From a virus (taxonomy: Duplodnaviria > Caudoviricetes), in IMG/VR virus record IMGVR_UViG_3300042997_001345, positions 1 to 55,094 of that record: a stretch of DNA of 55,094 nt. One strand, 5' to 3'. Under the pieces are notes generated by a model. The model ran no database searches, was not told the DNA's origin, and saw only the letters and a list, made by a program, of their open reading frames with translations. Each line of letters opens with the position of its first letter. The first letter of the stretch is position 1. Below, one piece after another: positions 36,030 through 45,545 of the stretch. Both the position numbers and the translations under genes were made by a program.

Positions 36030-36126
36030 CACTTAGGACCGTCACAGTTTACTGTGCCTAAGGCGTCTGGGTGCCCGGCTACCCGTGAATTGGACTCGCT
36101 ACCCTAATTTTACAAAATGCCGGGAC
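36030..36126 (+). ncRNA. Candidate structured RNA or cis-regulatory element (family unrecognised)
   Basis: GC-rich intergenic stretch with stems CTTAGG/CCTAAG, CACAG/CTGTG and CCCGGC/GCCGGG. Confidence 0.45.
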
Positions 36127-36141
36127 TTTGCCAAATATCTA

Positions 36142-36169
36142 TTGCATTCTACAACAACTCATGTATAAT
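36142..36169 (+). promoter_or_regulatory. Sigma70-like promoter for the replication operon
   Basis: TTGCAT-16 nt-TATAAT. Confidence 0.5.
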
Positions 36170-36193
36170 AACACTTTAACACTGGAGTTATAC

Positions 36194-36454
36194 ATGTCAG
36201 ATCGCACATTTTCCACAGAACAAAAAGCTAAACTCACTGCCATTATCAACGAAGGCATGCAGGTCATGCACGAAGTAGAAACACTCAATGCCGGCTTGTC
36301 AGACACCATCAAGGCCATTGCTGAAGAAATGGAAATCAAACCCAACATCCTTAAAAAAGCCATTCGTTTGGCACACAAAGCAGAATTTGGCAAAGAACAA
36401 CAGGACCACGAACTGTTGGAAACAATCTTGACCACAGTAGGAAAAACTCTGTAA
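36194..36454 (+). CDS. Small helical DNA-binding protein (T4 DsbA-like)
   Basis: GGAG RBS; helical pattern IKAIAEEMEIKPNILKKAIRLAHK recalls T4 DsbA; function inferred. Confidence 0.6.
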   Translation: MSDRTFSTEQKAKLTAIINEGMQVMHEVETLNAGLSDTIKAIAEEMEIKPNILKKAIRLAHKAEFGKEQQDHELLETILTTVGKTL

Positions 36455-36753
36455 TGGATCAGGCATCCAATGTTGCCAGTGACGTCTATGCATGGATCAA
36501 AAAGGACTTTCGCGAATGGCCCTTGCGTTTTGTGCTGGAAGTCACGGCTTGGATAACCAGCATTGCCTGTTCTACAATTATGGCGTTTACTTTGCCGCAT
36601 CCACCATTCTTGTTACTGTATCCCATGTTCATTGCTCAGTGCAGTATATTTGCCTGGGCTGCATGGACTCGGCAAAGTCTTGGAATGTTGGGCAATTATA
36701 TTTTGCTAATAAGTATCGATATAGCAGCCTTGATTAGATTAGTCACGCTGTAA
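36454..36753 (+). CDS. Small membrane protein
   Basis: Three hydrophobic segments; TAATG coupling. Confidence 0.7.
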   Translation: MDQASNVASDVYAWIKKDFREWPLRFVLEVTAWITSIACSTIMAFTLPHPPFLLLYPMFIAQCSIFAWAAWTRQSLGMLGNYILLISIDIAALIRLVTL

Positions 36754-36816
36754 GCGTCGCCCACTCTACGGGCAAGTACACGGCTAGGTGAGCCACAAGT
36801 CACTGGGAGAAGCAAA

Positions 36817-39483
36817 TTGAGTTATGTAGATGCCCTGTTCGATCGAGACAAAGATCGAATCCACGTAGTTGAACGCATCAACGGCGTTCGCAAATATCAA
36901 GAGTATCCAGCAAATTATATTTTCTATTACGACGACCCCCGCGGTAAGTTTCGTAGTATCTTCGACACACCGGTTGCACGTTTCAGCACAAGAAACAACA
37001 AGGAGTTTCGCAAAGAAATTCGCATGCACACCGGCAAACAACTCTTCGAAAGCGATATCAATCCTGTATTCCGTTGCCTAGCAGAAAACTTCCTAGGTGC
37101 TGATGCTCCTAAGTTACACACAGCATTCTTCGACATTGAAACAGACTTCGATCCTGTGCGTGGATTCTCCAGCACAGAAGAAGCTTTCAACAAAATCACA
37201 GCCATTACAGTTTACTTGGATTGGTTGGATCAACTGGTTACACTAGCTATCCCACCCAAGTCAATGAGCATGGAGACTGCTAGAGAGATTGCAGCTGAAT
37301 TTGACAACACATTCATGTTTGAAAAAGAAGCAGACTTGTTGGATTCGTTCCTGCATCTAATTGACGATGCTGATGTGCTGTCGGGCTGGAACAGTGAAGG
37401 TTATGATATTCCTTATACTGTGAATCGTGTTACACAAGTATTGAGCAAGGATGATACCAGACGTTTTTGTCTATGGGGACAGATGCCCAAGGCTAGAACC
37501 TTTGAACGCTTTGGTAAAGAAAGTCTAACATTCGACTTGGTAGGTCGTGTGCATATGGACTATATGCAACTGTATCGCAAGTACACATATGAAGAGCGTC
37601 ACAGTTACAGCTTGGATGCCATTGGCGAGTACGAAGACCTTGGTTCAAAGACCGCATTCGAAGGCACACTGGATCAACTGTACAATCAAAACTTCCGCAC
37701 GTTTATTGAGTACAACAGACAAGACGTGTTGCTGGTTAACAAGATTGATAAGAAACTAAAGTTCTTGGATCTTGCCAATACCATTGCACACGAAAACACA
37801 GTGCTGTTGCCAACCACAACAGGTGCGGTTGCAGTAACCGAGCAGGCCATCATTAACGAAGCTCATGCACGTGGCATGGTTGTTCCAAATCGTCGCAGCT
37901 ACGGTGATGATGACAACACTCAAGCAGCTGGTGCTTATGTGGCATATCCTAAAAAGGGTCTATGGCAAGACATTGGATCCATTGACATCAACAGCTTGTA
38001 TCCATCAGCTATTCGTGCCTTGAACATGGGACCAGAAACCATTGTGGGGCAACTGCGTCCCACAGCTACAGATGCCTTAATCAATGAACGCATGAGCAAG
38101 GGCATGAGCTTTGCAGCAGCCTGGGAAGGTTTGTTTGCAACCTTGGAATATACCGCTGTGATGGAACAGAATCGCGGCTTTGAACTCACTGTTGATTGGC
38201 AAGATGGCACCAGTACCACCATGTCAGCTGCGGAGTTTTGGCCCATTATATTCAACAGCAACAAGCCCTGGATCATCAGTGCCAATGGCACTATCTTCAC
38301 ATACGACAAGGAAGGAATCATTCCGGGCTTGCTGGCACGTTGGTATGCTGAACGCAAAGAAATGCAGGCTACACTTACTCGAGTAAAGGAAGAAGGCAAT
38401 GCTGAACTGGAAGAATACTGGGACAAACGTCAGCTTGTTAAAAAGATTAACCTCAACAGCTTGTATGGTGCTATTCTTAATCCTGGTTGTAGATTCTTTG
38501 ACAAACGCATTGGACAATCAACAACACTGACTGGTCGGAGCATTGCCAAACACATGGATGCTTATGTGAATGAGTGTATCACTGGCCGATATGATCACGT
38601 AGGCGACGCCATCATTTACGGCGACACAGACTCGTGCTACTTTACAGCATATCCTGTACTGAAGAAAGAAATAGATGCAGGCCGCATGGTCTGGAACAAG
38701 GATACAGCCATTGCGTTGTATGACAGCATTGCTGATCAAGTCAACATCAGCTTTCCTGGCTTCATGGAACAGGCTTTTCATTGCCCCCGTGAGATGGGTG
38801 CTATCATCAAGGGTGGTCGAGAAATTGTTGCCAGCAAGGGCTTGTTTATTACCAAGAAGCGTTATGCTGTGTTGTTCTATGACAAGGATGGCAAACGCTA
38901 TGATGTGGGTGGCAAACCTGGCAAGGTCAAGGCCATGGGCCTGGATCTCAAACGTAGCGATACTCCTAAGGTAATTCAGGACTTCTTAAGCGATATTCTC
39001 AACGATGTACTCAACGGCGTTGGGCGAGATCCTATTATAGAAAAGATTCGTGATTTCAAATATCTTTTCAAAGAACGTCCAGGTTGGGAAAAAGGTTCGC
39101 CTAAGCGTGTCAACAACTTGACCATGTACGGCAATAAAGAAATCAAAGAAGGAAAAACCAACATGCCTGGTCACGTGCGAGCAGCTATTAATTGGAATAA
39201 TCTTCGACGCATGAACAGTGACAACTACAGTCTAGCAGTCACAGACGGTATGAAAGTTATTGTGTGTAAATTAAGGCAAAATCCCTTGGGGTGGACGTCA
39301 ATTGCTTATCCCACAGATGAACAACATTTGCCCAAATGGTTTACAGAACTACCATTCAATGATGCCGAAATGGAAGCCACTGTTATTGACGGAAAGGTAG
39401 ACAACTTATTAAGTGTATTGGAATGGGACTTGGCATCCGCAACTAACACAGATAATACTTTTGAAAATTTATTTGAGTTCTAA
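36817..39483 (+). CDS. Family B DNA polymerase
   Basis: Exo I FFDIET, Exo II GWNSEGYDIPY, Exo III YNRQD; DINSLYPS, KINLNSLYG, YGDTDS, KKRY; TTG start with GGGAG RBS. Confidence 0.96.
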   Translation: MSYVDALFDRDKDRIHVVERINGVRKYQEYPANYIFYYDDPRGKFRSIFDTPVARFSTRNNKEFRKEIRMHTGKQLFESDINPVFRCLAENFLGADAPKLHTAFFDIETDFDPVRGFSSTEEAFNKITAITVYLDWLDQLVTLAIPPKSMSMETAREIAAEFDNTFMFEKEADLLDSFLHLIDDADVLSGWNSEGYDIPYTVNRVTQVLSKDDTRRFCLWGQMPKARTFERFGKESLTFDLVGRVHMDYMQLYRKYTYEERHSYSLDAIGEYEDLGSKTAFEGTLDQLYNQNFRTFIEYNRQDVLLVNKIDKKLKFLDLANTIAHENTVLLPTTTGAVAVTEQAIINEAHARGMVVPNRRSYGDDDNTQAAGAYVAYPKKGLWQDIGSIDINSLYPSAIRALNMGPETIVGQLRPTATDALINERMSKGMSFAAAWEGLFATLEYTAVMEQNRGFELTVDWQDGTSTTMSAAEFWPIIFNSNKPWIISANGTIFTYDKEGIIPGLLARWYAERKEMQATLTRVKEEGNAELEEYWDKRQLVKKINLNSLYGAILNPGCRFFDKRIGQSTTLTGRSIAKHMDAYVNECITGRYDHVGDAIIYGDTDSCYFTAYPVLKKEIDAGRMVWNKDTAIALYDSIADQVNISFPGFMEQAFHCPREMGAIIKGGREIVASKGLFITKKRYAVLFYDKDGKRYDVGGKPGKVKAMGLDLKRSDTPKVIQDFLSDILNDVLNGVGRDPIIEKIRDFKYLFKERPGWEKGSPKRVNNLTMYGNKEIKEGKTNMPGHVRAAINWNNLRRMNSDNYSLAVTDGMKVIVCKLRQNPLGWTSIAYPTDEQHLPKWFTELPFNDAEMEATVIDGKVDNLLSVLEWDLASATNTDNTFENLFEF

Positions 39484-40848
39484 ATGAAACTAAGTGAAAT
39501 TATTGCCTATAAAAATTTATTAGAAGGAATTACTCCTTTAAATTCTACGCCATTGGTACACGAAATATTAAATCCAGTATTGAAAGTAATAGAAAACAAT
39601 GAAATACAATTTCAATACCTTACGCAACAACTACAAGAAAATTATCATTGCGTACATAGAACGTTAAATGATTTTGAAAATACAATAGAAAACATTAAAA
39701 TTTCAATACTCAAATTAATTGAACAACAGGAAAAATCTTATTATAGTAACTGTGCTGATTTATATACCACAAGTACAAATTTTGAAACGACCGAATACAT
39801 TTTAAATCGTAAATTACCAGTATTTAAAGAAGTCGTCGGCCAATTGGTTACACGTATTCAATCACTTAACAACTGGCAACACGCAGGAATGATTATACGA
39901 CCTGGCCACGAAGAGTGGATCAAATATTTGGTTGGCTGCGATCCGTTGTATTTGGTAGATTATTCTGATGAATTAATCGAGCCAGCAGTATTGAGATTCA
40001 ATGATCAATATCAAAGACGATTGCGTACCTATGTAATTCAGGAATCGTCACACGCTCCTATGTTTAGTTGTATTCCAGATGCTCAATTAGGCGTTTGTTT
40101 AGTTTGGAATTTTTTTAATTATAAACCTATTGATATCATAGAACAATATCTTAAAGAACTATACAATAAGTTAAAACCAGGCGGAACACTAGCCTTAACC
40201 TTTAATAATTGCGATCGTGCTGCCGGAACAGAATTGTTTGAACGTCATTTTATGAGTTATACCCCAGAAAGGGAAGTTTTAGCTAGGGCTGAAGCAATTG
40301 GTTATATTGTTACCTATAATTTCAGAACTGATTCCAGTAATACTTGGTTAGAATTGCAACGTCCAGGACAGTTAAGTTCCATTAAAGGTGGACAGTCATT
40401 AGCAACTGTAATAGACCCAGCTGATGAAATACGTAAACAACAAGACGAAATACGTAAACAACAAGACGAAATACGTAAACAACAAGAGCAGCAACTACGC
40501 AACGAAGAATTACGAAAAGATGCAAAAAATCTAAATATAACTGATTGGGAAACATTACCAATTGATGAATTAAAATTATTAATTAGACAGAAAGAACAAG
40601 TTATTTTTGAAACAGAACAAAAAATTCGCCGCGAAGCCCAACATCTAAAAATATCCGAATGGGAAACATTACCTATGGATGAATTAAAGCAAAAAATGCA
40701 AGCGGCATATGATCTTAATGAGATCAATGAGCTCAGAAAGAAGGCCATAAGGTTGCAACTTGATCGGACTGAGCGTATACTAAGCAGTAAGTATTATCCT
40801 TTAGAAAAACTAAGAGAACTTATTAACCAATGGAGAAAAACACAATGA
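39484..40848 (+). CDS. Methyltransferase-like domain protein with coiled-coil, repeat-bearing C-terminal extension
   Basis: FFNY..I..YLKELYNKLKPGGTLALTF resembles class I MTase motifs; glycine-rich motif I is degenerate. Confidence 0.55.
   Translation: MKLSEIIAYKNLLEGITPLNSTPLVHEILNPVLKVIENNEIQFQYLTQQLQENYHCVHRTLNDFENTIENIKISILKLIEQQEKSYYSNCADLYTTSTNFETTEYILNRKLPVFKEVVGQLVTRIQSLNNWQHAGMIIRPGHEEWIKYLVGCDPLYLVDYSDELIEPAVLRFNDQYQRRLRTYVIQESSHAPMFSCIPDAQLGVCLVWNFFNYKPIDIIEQYLKELYNKLKPGGTLALTFNNCDRAAGTELFERHFMSYTPEREVLARAEAIGYIVTYNFRTDSSNTWLELQRPGQLSSIKGGQSLATVIDPADEIRKQQDEIRKQQDEIRKQQEQQLRNEELRKDAKNLNITDWETLPIDELKLLIRQKEQVIFETEQKIRREAQHLKISEWETLPMDELKQKMQAAYDLNEINELRKKAIRLQLDRTERILSSKYYPLEKLRELINQWRKTQ
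40423..40485 (+). repeat. 21-bp tandem repeat x3 (DEIRKQQ)
   Basis: GA(T/C)GAAATACGTAAACAACAA three times, in frame. Confidence 0.95.
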
Positions 40849-41576
40849 GAGATCACCTGTTAGATTTAGTAGAACACACATATGACCTGGGCTGTATCGA
40901 CACCATCAAGATCACTGGCGATGCCACAGAAACCACAATCAGCGGTGCAGCAGAAGACCGTTCAGTTGTGATCAGCAGCAAGTTTTTAGTGCCAGTAGCA
41001 GACTTTGTTGGCGTATTTGGTATGCCTAACTTGAGCAAACTCAAAGTGCTATTAAACTTAGGCGAGTACAAAGAAAATGCTCAGATTGCTGTAGTGCGTC
41101 AAGATCGCAATGGTGTACAGCAACCCGTGGGCTTGCACTTTCAAAATGCTGCTGGCGACTTTAAAAACGACTATCGCTTTATGACTGCGGAGATTGTGGA
41201 AGAAAAACTCAAGACTCCCAAGTTCAAAGGAGTCACGTGGCACATTGAATTTGAACCCACTGTGGCTGGTATTCAGAGATTGAAGATGCAAGCACAGGCT
41301 AACGCAGAAGAAATGAATTTTAAAGCCAAGACAGATGGCACAGACTTAAAGTTTTTCTTTGGCGATCATTCTACACACGCAGGCGAGTTTGTGTTTCAAC
41401 CCGATGTTACTGGCGTATTAAAACATGCTTGGTCGTGGCCGGTCAAACAGTTTATCAGCATTATGGATCTCACTGGCGACAAAACAGTTAGAATCAGCGA
41501 CGACGGTGCTGCACAGATTACTGTGAACTCGGGCATTGCTGAATACAACTACATCTTGCCTGCACAGCAAAAATAA
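40845..41576 (+). CDS. Probable DNA sliding clamp (gp45/PCNA-like)
   Basis: About 243 aa, near PolB, C-terminal ISDDGAAQITV...YNYILPA resembles clamp C-termini; clamp loader present in window; GGAG RBS. Confidence 0.65.
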   Translation: MRDHLLDLVEHTYDLGCIDTIKITGDATETTISGAAEDRSVVISSKFLVPVADFVGVFGMPNLSKLKVLLNLGEYKENAQIAVVRQDRNGVQQPVGLHFQNAAGDFKNDYRFMTAEIVEEKLKTPKFKGVTWHIEFEPTVAGIQRLKMQAQANAEEMNFKAKTDGTDLKFFFGDHSTHAGEFVFQPDVTGVLKHAWSWPVKQFISIMDLTGDKTVRISDDGAAQITVNSGIAEYNYILPAQQK

Positions 41577-43100
41577 ATGACCGAACAACACAATCTCACA
41601 GCTAACCAAAAAGACTACGCTGTATTCCTTCCGGCCATCAGCAGTTTCTATGCCAATTATGTGGGCCGTCAACGTACTGAAAACTACATTGACGCCACAC
41701 GTATGCCTGCTGGCATTCCCGACATGGAACAACTCAACTGGTTAAATCCACAGAAAGGTCTGTTCCCGTACAGGTACAGTTTGTATAGTGCAGGACACGC
41801 AGACTTGGATTTGACCAAGTTTGTGCCCAAAGAAGACATGGTTCGCAACAGAGACCCCAACACCATCATGTTGGCTGACTCAGGTGGGTTCCAGATTGCC
41901 AAGGGTGTATGGCCCGGACGTTGGGCTGATCCTACAGATAAGGCCGCAGAAAAGAAACGCGAAGCTGTGCTTAAATGGCAGATGGGCATTGCCACACACG
42001 GCATGACCATGGATATTCCCACTTGGACTTATCGAGATCCCAAAGCCGCTGCCTTATGTGGTATCCACAGTTATGACGATGCGGTCAATGCAACCAAGTT
42101 CAACAACGAATACTGGATGGCCAATCGCTACGGTGAAACCAAGATCCTAAACGTGTTGCAGGGTGGTAACCATACGGAAGCAGATCTTTGGTATGACACA
42201 ATGAAAGACTACTGCGATCCCAGCAAGTACAAAAAGCATTTCAACGGCTGGGGTATGGGAGGTCAGAACATGTGCGACGTCGAACTGGTTCTCAAACGCT
42301 TGGTACACTTGATTCATGATCGTTTGCTGGAGCCTGGCATACACGACTGGATGCACTTCTTGGGTACAAGTAAATTGGAATGGGCTGTGTTGTTGACAGT
42401 TATTCAACGTAGTGTTAGACAGTATCACAACCCTGGCTTTACCATCAGCTTCGACTGTGCCAGTCCGTTCTTGGCCACAGCTAACGGTCAGTTGTATCAC
42501 AACATTACAACTGAAAATCGTAAAAAGTGGAGCTACAACATGAGCCCCACAGCCGATGATAAGAAGTATGCGGTAGACAACCGTTTGTTTGGCGACGCAG
42601 TAAGACAAGACGGCATTCATCCCATGTTTGAAGACAGTCCTTTAAGCAGCCGTTTGAAGATTTCGGATATCTGTTATTACAAGCCTGGAGACCTAAACAA
42701 GATTGGCAAAGAAGGTCGGACCAGTTGGGACAGTTTCAGTTATGCTCTGCTTATGGGTCACAATGTTTGGACACACATTGAAGCTGTACAACGTGCCAAT
42801 CGTATGTTTGATTCGGGTGTATGTCCGGACATGATGGTGCATCCGATCAATCCCGATTATGACGTGGCCAAGGTTATTGATCGTGTTTTCGCTGCTCGAG
42901 ATCGCTCAAAGAGCTTGCAAATTATTGCAGACCATGCTAAAGTATGGGAACGGGTAGTAGGAACACGTGGGTTTACTGGCAAGCGAGCAGTTAACTCACA
43001 CAGTCAATTCAACAACCTATTTGACATGGAAGAAGAGGAAATCCCAGTGGATGATCTCGATGAAGGTCAATTAGACAAACTAGAAAATAGTATAGAGTGA
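41577..43100 (+). CDS. tRNA-guanine transglycosylase-fold protein (DpdA-like DNA base-exchange candidate)
   Basis: MLADSGGFQ, MDIP, VLQG, HFLG and SFDCAS are TGT motifs; FolE and QueD-like genes nearby. Confidence 0.8.
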   Translation: MTEQHNLTANQKDYAVFLPAISSFYANYVGRQRTENYIDATRMPAGIPDMEQLNWLNPQKGLFPYRYSLYSAGHADLDLTKFVPKEDMVRNRDPNTIMLADSGGFQIAKGVWPGRWADPTDKAAEKKREAVLKWQMGIATHGMTMDIPTWTYRDPKAAALCGIHSYDDAVNATKFNNEYWMANRYGETKILNVLQGGNHTEADLWYDTMKDYCDPSKYKKHFNGWGMGGQNMCDVELVLKRLVHLIHDRLLEPGIHDWMHFLGTSKLEWAVLLTVIQRSVRQYHNPGFTISFDCASPFLATANGQLYHNITTENRKKWSYNMSPTADDKKYAVDNRLFGDAVRQDGIHPMFEDSPLSSRLKISDICYYKPGDLNKIGKEGRTSWDSFSYALLMGHNVWTHIEAVQRANRMFDSGVCPDMMVHPINPDYDVAKVIDRVFAARDRSKSLQIIADHAKVWERVVGTRGFTGKRAVNSHSQFNNLFDMEEEEIPVDDLDEGQLDKLENSIE

Positions 43101-43924
43101 TTTGTATTGTTTACCCCAGTGGTGCACACGGACATTTTTTGAAGCTCATGCTGAATTCAATGGTCGGGGTCGACTATAGTGTAGCAAATTCTAGAGTATA
43201 CGATTTTGTTAAATTCAAAGGAAATGTTGAGTTTGTTACCAAAGACCATTATGATCCCACGTCCGATGATCATATTATTAATATACAGGTAAGCCCCAGT
43301 TCGTACCTAAAGTATGCAGCCATGTGTTTGACTAGAACATCTGGTTTGGATATAGTATTAGAAAGTTTATCAATCGACACTTTTAAAAAACTAGAACAGC
43401 ACTGTATATTCAGTCATTTTTTGCCGGCATTGTCTTCAATCAGTGGAAAACTATCTGGCGATGTAGACATTATGTATTTGAGAGAATGGACAAGACTTGT
43501 ATTGTTTGCTGATAAAGGTATTACTATTTCTCAATGGATAGCACCTGATGTTGCAATCGATGCAGATTATGTAGTAGATTTTGAAAGTTTTTATAATGGT
43601 ACTCTAGAGGATACTTGCAGTCAGATTTTAACACATTATGGATTTGCTGTATCTTCTGATAAGATTAATTCTTTGTTAGAACACTTTGATCAGAATAACA
43701 GATATCGTTTGATTGATTCAGATATACCAGCTATTTTAGAACATATTAAGATGGGACAATCTTATCCAATCAAAAATACTAATTTTTTATCTCAAGCATA
43801 TATTGATAATTGGTTGGTTGAAAATTACTATGTTGATCCTTTGCTACGCAATGAATACTTTACTGATACCAAAGAAATTATTGAAACTTATGGTCTTTTG
43901 ACTAAATCAAATGTTGCTTATTAA
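43097..43924 (+). CDS. Hypothetical protein (possible sulfotransferase-like P-loop fold)
   Basis: AT-rich; N-terminus similar to 12381..13100. Confidence 0.55.
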   Translation: MICIVYPSGAHGHFLKLMLNSMVGVDYSVANSRVYDFVKFKGNVEFVTKDHYDPTSDDHIINIQVSPSSYLKYAAMCLTRTSGLDIVLESLSIDTFKKLEQHCIFSHFLPALSSISGKLSGDVDIMYLREWTRLVLFADKGITISQWIAPDVAIDADYVVDFESFYNGTLEDTCSQILTHYGFAVSSDKINSLLEHFDQNNRYRLIDSDIPAILEHIKMGQSYPIKNTNFLSQAYIDNWLVENYYVDPLLRNEYFTDTKEIIETYGLLTKSNVAY

Positions 43925-43942
43925 CACAAATTCTGCTACAAT
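43914..43942 (+). promoter_or_regulatory. Sigma70-like promoter
   Basis: TTGCTT-17 nt-TACAAT with TG extension. Confidence 0.55.
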
Positions 43943-43972
43943 TAGATATCAATCACTATTAAATTAATTAAA

Positions 43973-44494
43973 ATGAATAGAAAAGGCCACGAAGATGTAA
44001 AATTCTTCATAGGTGCCGAAGTTGAACAGACTCCTGCATTTGGTGCCAACACATTGTTTGTGATAGGTGTTCAGCCCAATGGTGATATCATGCATCATGT
44101 ACAAACGCACCCTATAAGGATTGAGCATATCTATTTTGGTGCCAACATGAGTTTTCCTAATCCTGCTACCAATGATTTTCACACATGGAATTCATGGGAA
44201 GATATGATTTGCCCTTTTCTAGAGGCAGGCATGTGGTGTACGCTAGACTTGGATGTTAAGTCAGTAGAGGGATTGGCGGAATCACGCATGATCGAATATC
44301 ATCACTTTATTCCCATGATCTCTGTCAAGTTACCTTATATCAAGCAGCTGGGATATAACGCTACAATCAAGCTGGATGATCGAGATTTTGCAGCAACCAA
44401 TCCCGGTGTATGGTGTCACAGCTTACACACTCTACAAAATCGTGAGGTGTTTACACCTTGGTCTCGATACACAAAGGACACGGTAATCAAATGA
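43973..44494 (+). CDS. Hypothetical protein in deazaguanine cluster
   Basis: 173 aa; GAEVEQTP..G..TLFV and HIYFGAN motifs loosely recall a QueE-like start, but no CxxxCxxC is present. Confidence 0.65.
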   Translation: MNRKGHEDVKFFIGAEVEQTPAFGANTLFVIGVQPNGDIMHHVQTHPIRIEHIYFGANMSFPNPATNDFHTWNSWEDMICPFLEAGMWCTLDLDVKSVEGLAESRMIEYHHFIPMISVKLPYIKQLGYNATIKLDDRDFAATNPGVWCHSLHTLQNREVFTPWSRYTKDTVIK

Positions 44495-44859
44495 AATTTT
44501 TCGATCGATGGTTTTATCGTAAAGCACGTTGGTGCTGGCATCGTGCAGGAGTTGAGCACCCTGAACTCAAAGCCGAACAGGATTACCTGGACAAGAAGAT
44601 CAAAGGTCTAAACAGTATAAACAGCGACATGCTGGAAAGAGACTGTGTTGTTTCTACCAGTGACGATATTGACCTGGCACGTCCTATCCGTTTCAAAGTG
44701 GCAGCAGCTGAAGGTGGCATGATTGTAGAAGTACAAACATATGACAGCAAGAAAGATCGCAGCATTACCAAGCATCACATTATCCCAGACGAAACTGAGG
44801 ATAAAGCTGCTGCTATTGCTCGAATTGTATCCTGGGAATTTTTACGGAGACCTGACTAA
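44491..44859 (+). CDS. Hypothetical protein
   Basis: ATGA overlap at 44491 with AAGGA RBS. Confidence 0.65.
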   Translation: MKFFDRWFYRKARWCWHRAGVEHPELKAEQDYLDKKIKGLNSINSDMLERDCVVSTSDDIDLARPIRFKVAAAEGGMIVEVQTYDSKKDRSITKHHIIPDETEDKAAAIARIVSWEFLRRPD

Positions 44860-45323
44860 TGATTAATACAGAACGTGAACAAATAGAACGTATTAAAGAA
44901 GCAGCACAGCGACAAATCTGGGTAACCTTCCAAAAAGAAGGCATTCATAAATATCCTGCGGCCTTGACAGATCCCATGTTGGCCACAGGAGATGAATATG
45001 ATGTATCGTTTCTTGGCTATCCTCATCGCCACATCTTTCATTTCAGGGTGTGGATCGATGTATGGCACAACGACAGGGATCTCGAGTTTATCCAATTCAA
45101 ACGCTGGTTGGAGAACCTTTACCGTACAGCCGATAACAATACTGCGAATACCGTTTTAAGTTTAGATTACAAATCATGCGAAATGATTGCCGACGATCTG
45201 TATCTACAGATTGCCGCACGATATTCCGGACGCAGTGTCTGGATAGAAGTAGCCGAAGATGGTGAGAACGGCTGCTTGATAAAATACAATACTCACCGCC
45301 CTAACCAAATCGTTTCAATCTAA
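44859..45323 (+). CDS. QueD/PTPS-like T-fold protein
   Basis: H in EGIH, HRH.FHFRVWI, EFI..K, SCEMIA and EV.EDGENG fit the 6-pyruvoyl-tetrahydropterin synthase fold. Confidence 0.65.
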   Translation: MINTEREQIERIKEAAQRQIWVTFQKEGIHKYPAALTDPMLATGDEYDVSFLGYPHRHIFHFRVWIDVWHNDRDLEFIQFKRWLENLYRTADNNTANTVLSLDYKSCEMIADDLYLQIAARYSGRSVWIEVAEDGENGCLIKYNTHRPNQIVSI

Positions 45324-45332
45324 GGAAGTCGA

Positions 45333-45545
45333 ATGGCCAAGCCATCAATTAAAACCAATCCCAAAGTAGCACAAATTTTTGAAGACCTAGAACAATATCT
45401 AGACTTTTGTCGCAGATACGGTTATAAGTTTAACGAAGCTGATCTGTACAATTGGAAAAGCTATGCCTATCAACAATTCAACAAGAGTCTGCAGGGCAAA
45501 CATGTCAAAGACATGTGGTTCCAAGACAGCCCACGGAGCCGTTGA
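45333..45545 (+). CDS. Hypothetical protein
   Basis: AAGGA RBS, 70 aa. Confidence 0.7.
   Translation: MAKPSIKTNPKVAQIFEDLEQYLDFCRRYGYKFNEADLYNWKSYAYQQFNKSLQGKHVKDMWFQDSPRSR

Noticed and set aside
36030-36126. tRNA gene
   Set aside because: No cloverleaf, no T-loop GTTCRA and no CCA end.
36817-39483. Intein or intron in PolB
   Set aside because: Motifs are contiguous at normal spacing within 888 aa.
39484-39510. MKLSEII as a capsid-targeting tag
   Set aside because: Lacks the second Glu and lies in the replication operon; ambiguous, so not counted.
44268-44284. GGGATTGGCGGAATC (EGLAES) as another GVAE junction
   Set aside because: Partial match in the middle of an apparently single-domain protein outside the cluster; likely chance.
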